From IMG/VR virus record IMGVR_UViG_3300029309_000066, positions 1 through 50,943 of that record: 50,943 nucleotides of DNA. One strand, written 5' to 3'. Every line of letters begins with the position of its first letter. Position 1 is the first letter of the stretch. Positions 46,293-50,943 of the stretch are shown one piece after another. Position numbers and translations under genes: made by a program. Origin of the DNA: a virus. Taxonomy: Duplodnaviria > Caudoviricetes. A model generated the notes under the pieces. It did no database searches. It had not been told where the DNA came from and was given only the letters and a program-made list of their open reading frames with translations.

Positions 46293-47192
46293 TTATGATT
46301 TAACTGTTTCTACAAAACTAAATTTACTACTACCTTGATAAAAAGCTGATGCAAATTCAACTGCGTTTCCCAGACTTAAACCTTGCGAATTAGTTGGATA
46401 TGCTAATGTCAATGTATTTGAACCTGTGTCTATTTTATCGACAACAATATACTGACCAACAGCCAAACTTCCTTCCGCAAGAGTTAAAGTAATATTACCA
46501 CTTGTGCAATCTACTCTTTGATAAATAGATTTTGCAGAACTTGGTGTTAAAGTACCAGTTGATGTAATGGCAGATGGCGCATCAAAAGCATTGGCATTAT
46601 AATATGTACTCATATCAGTAACTGCCACTTGTTTCATTGTGCCATCATCATTAAATACAACTCTGTCTGCATCTGCCACTGTGGTTGACGTTGCTGAAAC
46701 ACCACCTCTAATATTATTTATTTCAGCACCAGTTGATGATATTGCAGTACCACCTAATCGTAGAGATGTTATATCTAATGTATTAGTTACATCTACAACC
46801 GCGGCTCCACTACCTGCACCATCAGCATATATTATTTTTTTACTGCCATTTGGTACTGTTACATTTGCACCAGAACCTTGTGTAAATATAGCATCTTGTC
46901 CAGAGCCATTTTGCACAATGTAGACTTTATCTGCATTATTTGGGTCAATAGTAATTGTATTTGTGCCAGATGGTGAACCACCTAAAACCAATACAGAAAA
47001 CATACCATCAGATAATGTGCCATCTGTGGTAGTTAAAGTATGTGTTGTACCTGACAAGGTAATAGCACCAACACCATTTATTGCTCTATCAATAATATCA
47101 AAATTGGTGTTGGTAGTATTTCCCCAAGTTCCAGATTGTTCTCCAGAACCTATTTTTTCTATACCATTATTAAGTGTATATGAACTTGACAT
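46293..47192 (-). CDS. Tail fibre/spike-associated protein
   Basis: M.SSY, GEQSGTWG..TN.N, ADG.GSGAAV motifs. Confidence 0.7.
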   Translation of the reverse strand: MSSSYTLNNGIEKIGSGEQSGTWGNTTNTNFDIIDRAINGVGAITLSGTTHTLTTTDGTLSDGMFSVLVLGGSPSGTNTITIDPNNADKVYIVQNGSGQDAIFTQGSGANVTVPNGSKKIIYADGAGSGAAVVDVTNTLDITSLRLGGTAISSTGAEINNIRGGVSATSTTVADADRVVFNDDGTMKQVAVTDMSTYYNANAFDAPSAITSTGTLTPSSAKSIYQRVDCTSGNITLTLAEGSLAVGQYIVVDKIDTGSNTLTLAYPTNSQGLSLGNAVEFASAFYQGSSKFSFVETVKS

Positions 47193-47193
47193 T

Positions 47194-47610
47194 TTAATCT
47201 ATCCTTATAATTGCGTTAGCTCCTGCCGCTGGAAAAATTATTTTAAAAGTACCAGATGATACTGTAAAATCACCACCAAAATCTAAAACTGCAATAGCTT
47301 TATCAGAGTTTGTGCTATTATAGATTAAGGCACCTCTTGCAGTAAATGATGCACTTGTCCATGTTGGGTCTGCAGCATCAAAATGTGCTGTTGTTCCAGT
47401 TGTTGAAACTGCTTTACTGGTTAATGTCTCACCACCTGCTGAATAACCAGTTCCAGATACTTCGTTACTGGTTGAATAAGCTGTGGTTGATGCACCTAAA
47501 CTAGCAGAACTTGTAAATAATGCTATTTTCAAAGTATCTGCTACTAAATCGTGTTGTTCATCTAAAATTTCAGCCTTAAATGAAGTACACATTGCTTGTG
47601 TTATTGCCAT
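47194..47610 (-). CDS. Virion structural protein
   Basis: MAITQAMCTSFK, GY.AGG, ARGALIYN, VLDFG. Confidence 0.75.
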   Translation of the reverse strand: MAITQAMCTSFKAEILDEQHDLVADTLKIALFTSSASLGASTTAYSTSNEVSGTGYSAGGETLTSKAVSTTGTTAHFDAADPTWTSASFTARGALIYNSTNSDKAIAVLDFGGDFTVSSGTFKIIFPAAGANAIIRID

Positions 47611-47623
47611 AATTTACTCCTTA

Positions 47624-48256
47624 TTAAATTCCTGCCTCGTATTCACTGGCATAATTACGAGCCATTTCTTGCTGAAACAATGCTATTGCTTCATCAAATT
47701 GCTGTTTATACAAGTTTACAGTATCTGGAGCCTTAAGAAAAGTAGAAGTTTCATAAAGACACGCAGATAATAAAACTTGCTCTGCATTATCACCTATCCA
47801 ACTATTTGCATTCAAGGTGGATAATCCTGTTTCTAGTCCTATAAAATCTATACTATATCCTAATGTATCTGATGGTATAGGACTTACTTGTATTTGTATT
47901 CCAGAAGTGGTGGCTTTTTTTGTAGCATAGAACTCTGGTGTACCTGCATTTAAAACAGTTTGTTGAAAATCATTTATATAACTATCTGTTCTATGTTTTA
48001 AATATACTATATTGGTAGCTAAAAGTCCTGTTCTTACTTCAACTTGTCTAATCATTCTTGCGTTTGCCACATCAACTGTGTTTGTACCTATTACAAAATT
48101 ACCAGATAAAGTTTGCCTATAACATGGTAAATTAGGCAATCTTGCAAAAATCATACTTTCTGCTTGTTTGATTATCTCTGGTATTGATGTATCTAATTCA
48201 GTAGAATCATCTTCTATAAAATTTTGTATATTAGTTTTTAACTGTGTAAAATTCAT
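47624..48256 (-). CDS. Head-tail adaptor-like protein
   Basis: L...IQ...E, I.QAE, G.P..YA, P.P, LL..CL.E. Confidence 0.7.
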   Translation of the reverse strand: MNFTQLKTNIQNFIEDDSTELDTSIPEIIKQAESMIFARLPNLPCYRQTLSGNFVIGTNTVDVANARMIRQVEVRTGLLATNIVYLKHRTDSYINDFQQTVLNAGTPEFYATKKATTSGIQIQVSPIPSDTLGYSIDFIGLETGLSTLNANSWIGDNAEQVLLSACLYETSTFLKAPDTVNLYKQQFDEAIALFQQEMARNYASEYEAGI

Positions 48257-50347
48257 TTAATTACCCCATGTTCCAGTATTCCATGCACCCTCATTCCAAC
48301 CAATATTTGTACCTACAGTTGAACTTCCTATTGCACCTGTACCTGCCACACCATCTTCTGTCTTATTAGTTTCAATGTCAAACCTTCTATCTTTTATACT
48401 TTGAATTGCATATTCTCTTAAACCACCACTAAAACCATATTTCCATCTAACATTAGGTTCTGGATTTCTAATAAACGCATATGCAGGGCTATCTTGGTCT
48501 AATTCACTTATAAAACCACCATTATTTGTACCTGCCCAAATTGTGATGCTCCAACTTGGATTAACATCTGCTGAACCAACTAAAACATCATCTATAAATA
48601 TTTTACCACTTCCATTGGTTGGGTTTGCCTCCCATACTAATGTATGTAACAGACCATCATCTGGTAAGCTTGTTTTTGGTATATCTATAATTGTTTTGTT
48701 ATTAGCAGGAGTGTCATTACCTCCATTACCAAATGCTAATCTAAATGTATCTGTATCATGGAAACCTACTGTCATGCCAAAACCTGTACCACCCATTTCA
48801 AATAAAGTACATGCTGTATCTACAACTTTAGGGAATATAATTTCACAAGCAAAAACAACTGGTTGTGCTCTATTTAAATCAGCGGCGGCAATTACAGTAT
48901 TGGCATCATGTGTTTCAGTTAAGTTTAAACCACTTTCTACACTTCCAACAGAACCTTTAGCACCAACACCCATGGTATCATCTGCACCACTCCAAACACC
49001 ACTGTTCCAAGCATTTTGACCCCAAGCTGTTGTAAATGAAATGTCTTGGTTTAATGTTATAGTACCTATAGCACCAGTGCCTGCCACTCCAGTTTCAGTA
49101 ACAATTGATGATGATACTTCATTTCCAGTTGTTCCTGTACCTGCGACACCAGAAGTGCCTGTAACATTGATTTGTATGTTACCATTACCAGATACACCAA
49201 AGGCCTCAACTGCTCCAGTACCTGCTATTCCAGTTTCTGTTATGACACTATCTGCTCTTACACCCTCTGTACCAATAGCACCTGTTCCTGCCACACCTGT
49301 CTCAGTTAGATTTAATTCTAATGTTTCTGCACCTGTTGTTCCAGTTCCAGCAACTCCAGTTTCTACTACATTAAGTTCCATGCCCTCTGTACCAATGGCA
49401 CCAGAACCAGAAACACCTGTTTCTGTGATAGATGCTTGTGGAACATCTGCACCTATTGTACCTGTACCTGCTACACCTGTTTCGGTAATTGTAAAGTCAA
49501 TTCTTATGCTTTCTGTACCAGTATTACCTGTACCTGCAACACCAGTAACATCAATATCAACACCAACAAACATGGTTTCGTTGCCAACTGCACCAGTACC
49601 TGCGACACCTGTTTGATTAAATATTCTATCACTTTCAATACTTTCAGTACCTATTGCTCCAGTACCTGCAACACCAACTTCTGTTATTGATGTTTCTTGT
49701 GAAATTGTACCTATGGCACCAGTTCCTGCTACACCAACCTCTGTAATAGAAAGTTCTAGCGCTTCTGTTCCAATCGCACCAGTTCCTGCAAGACCTGTTT
49801 CAGTAACTATTGATTCACTAACCTCTTCACCAACAGTTCCAACTCCACCTACACCACTAACACCAGTTACTTCTAAGAATAAATTACCATCACCAGATAC
49901 TCCAAATCCCTCTACTGCACCTGTACCTGCAACACCTATTTCATTAACTTCTAATTCGTTTCCATAAAGACCAATAGCAGAAACACCTTCAACACCTGTT
50001 GCAGTAGGTGTGGCATCTTGTTGAATAAATATTGATTGACTACCTAATCTACCAAATGCAGGCACACCAACAGATGTTTGGCTTCTTGCCAATCTTGAAA
50101 GAAATGGATTTTTAGTAAAACCTAATAATATTTCTACATTTTCTGGGTCATTATCTGGTCTTGGGTTAAATAATGCAGTAGCATCTACAACATTTTTGGC
50201 AGGTGTTAACTGTGGGTGTTTAGGGCTATATTCTTCTGGTTCAACTCTTAAATTATCCCAAGTTGTTTTAAGTTGAGTATAACGTACCTCGAAACCAGAA
50301 ATGTCACTGATTGCTTTAGATTTTTTACCTGAAGCAAACCTAGCCAT
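48257..50347 (-). CDS. Repeat-rich virion fibre protein with an inserted LamG/ConA-like domain
   Basis: N-terminal ASGK....ISD.SG..KHPQL domain, tandem TE.GVAGTGAIG repeats, WG..W..G.W motifs. Confidence 0.7.
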   Translation of the reverse strand: MARFASGKKSKAISDISGFEVRYTQLKTTWDNLRVEPEEYSPKHPQLTPAKNVVDATALFNPRPDNDPENVEILLGFTKNPFLSRLARSQTSVGVPAFGRLGSQSIFIQQDATPTATGVEGVSAIGLYGNELEVNEIGVAGTGAVEGFGVSGDGNLFLEVTGVSGVGGVGTVGEEVSESIVTETGLAGTGAIGTEALELSITEVGVAGTGAIGTISQETSITEVGVAGTGAIGTESIESDRIFNQTGVAGTGAVGNETMFVGVDIDVTGVAGTGNTGTESIRIDFTITETGVAGTGTIGADVPQASITETGVSGSGAIGTEGMELNVVETGVAGTGTTGAETLELNLTETGVAGTGAIGTEGVRADSVITETGIAGTGAVEAFGVSGNGNIQINVTGTSGVAGTGTTGNEVSSSIVTETGVAGTGAIGTITLNQDISFTTAWGQNAWNSGVWSGADDTMGVGAKGSVGSVESGLNLTETHDANTVIAAADLNRAQPVVFACEIIFPKVVDTACTLFEMGGTGFGMTVGFHDTDTFRLAFGNGGNDTPANNKTIIDIPKTSLPDDGLLHTLVWEANPTNGSGKIFIDDVLVGSADVNPSWSITIWAGTNNGGFISELDQDSPAYAFIRNPEPNVRWKYGFSGGLREYAIQSIKDRRFDIETNKTEDGVAGTGAIGSSTVGTNIGWNEGAWNTGTWGN
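49050..49995 (-). repeat. Tandem coding repeat of about 20-24 aa, (I/V)TE(T/V)GVAGTGA(I/V)G
   Basis: More than a dozen degenerate copies visible in the translation. Confidence 0.85.
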
Positions 50348-50943
50348 TATCTTAAATTTAATCCTGTAGGTTGTAATTTAAGACTTACACCATCATTATC
50401 ATTAGACGATGCATATTCAAATGCCTCTTTATATAAATTACTAAGTAGTGGAAATTTATCTGGTGCATATTTAACAGATAATTTACTTGCTAATCCTGCA
50501 CATATACATTCTGTCCATGTATAAGGTATGTCGGTATCTTCGTTAGATGCAGTAATATCTTCTAATTGATTCATTGACCAATAATTTAACCTATATGTAC
50601 TTCTATCTGGTGTTTGCCATAGAAATAATTTGTATATATTATTTGAACCAGATTGTCTGCCTTTATCAAGCATATACTGATTTGGTTTACCTGTATCTGT
50701 TTTATTAGGTATCTGATTATACTCAGAAATTGTAATTCTATTTATGATTGTATCAGTTCTTGTAGCATCAGCATCATCATAAATAACAACATCTAATATA
50801 TCAGTGATACCTGCAGGCAAATCATATGAAGAAGTATTTGCTGTTAAATTTAATGTTCTTTGAGTAACTGTCCAATAGTTAATCCCACGATTCGCCCATT
50901 CTGAAAATAATAAGTTTAAGCTTCTTCTTGCAGATATGGCTTG
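50347..50943 (-). CDS. C-terminal part of head-tail connector / tail tubular protein A-like gene (about 232 aa in total with 1..104)
   Basis: Frame open to the window end; ARRSLNLLFSEWANRG, IPNK...G.P.Q, GLA..LS.K.AP. Confidence 0.85.
   Translation of the reverse strand, partial: QAISARRSLNLLFSEWANRGINYWTVTQRTLNLTANTSSYDLPAGITDILDVVIYDDADATRTDTIINRITISEYNQIPNKTDTGKPNQYMLDKGRQSGSNNIYKLFLWQTPDRSTYRLNYWSMNQLEDITASNEDTDIPYTWTECICAGLASKLSVKYAPDKFPLLSNLYKEAFEYASSNDNDGVSLKLQPTGLNLR

Noticed and set aside
49050-49995. Periodic DNA repeats as a possible CRISPR array or DGR template/variable repeats
   Set aside because: Degenerate at third codon positions, so protein-level repeats; no spacers, cas genes or reverse transcriptase

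Overview
An essentially complete, circularly permuted, AT-rich tailed-phage genome of about 50.9 kb. One gene runs across the window ends with a 2-nt overlap. The structural module resembles marine HTVC010P-type podoviruses: Mu-gpT-like major capsid, scaffold, GroES, P22-like portal, TerS/TerL, tail tubular proteins, ejection proteins, GNAT, lysozyme and holins. The host is probably a low-GC marine bacterium (inference). The replication module has a T7/Twinkle-type primase-helicase, an HTH initiator with internal iteron-like repeats, a Cro-like HTH, an exonuclease, ERF and an SSB. I recognised no DNA polymerase, integrase, tRNA or CRISPR. Most notable: (1) four early operons share a promoter type and the identical 11-nt leader TGGGAGAAAGA, and a structured intergenic RNA candidate (about 33665-33830) carries its exact antisense; (2) a ParB / 2OG-Fe(II) oxygenase / TET-associated glycosyltransferase locus next to the terminase, with no methyltransferase; (3) apparent systematic avoidance of GATC and CCWGG; (4) a putative virion cargo cluster with an ADP-ribosyltransferase-like protein, a Tat-like motif, a shared GALxN motif, two paralogous Cys-initiated C-terminal domains and six tiny, very basic proteins. 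All family calls are by-eye motif recognition, with no database search.
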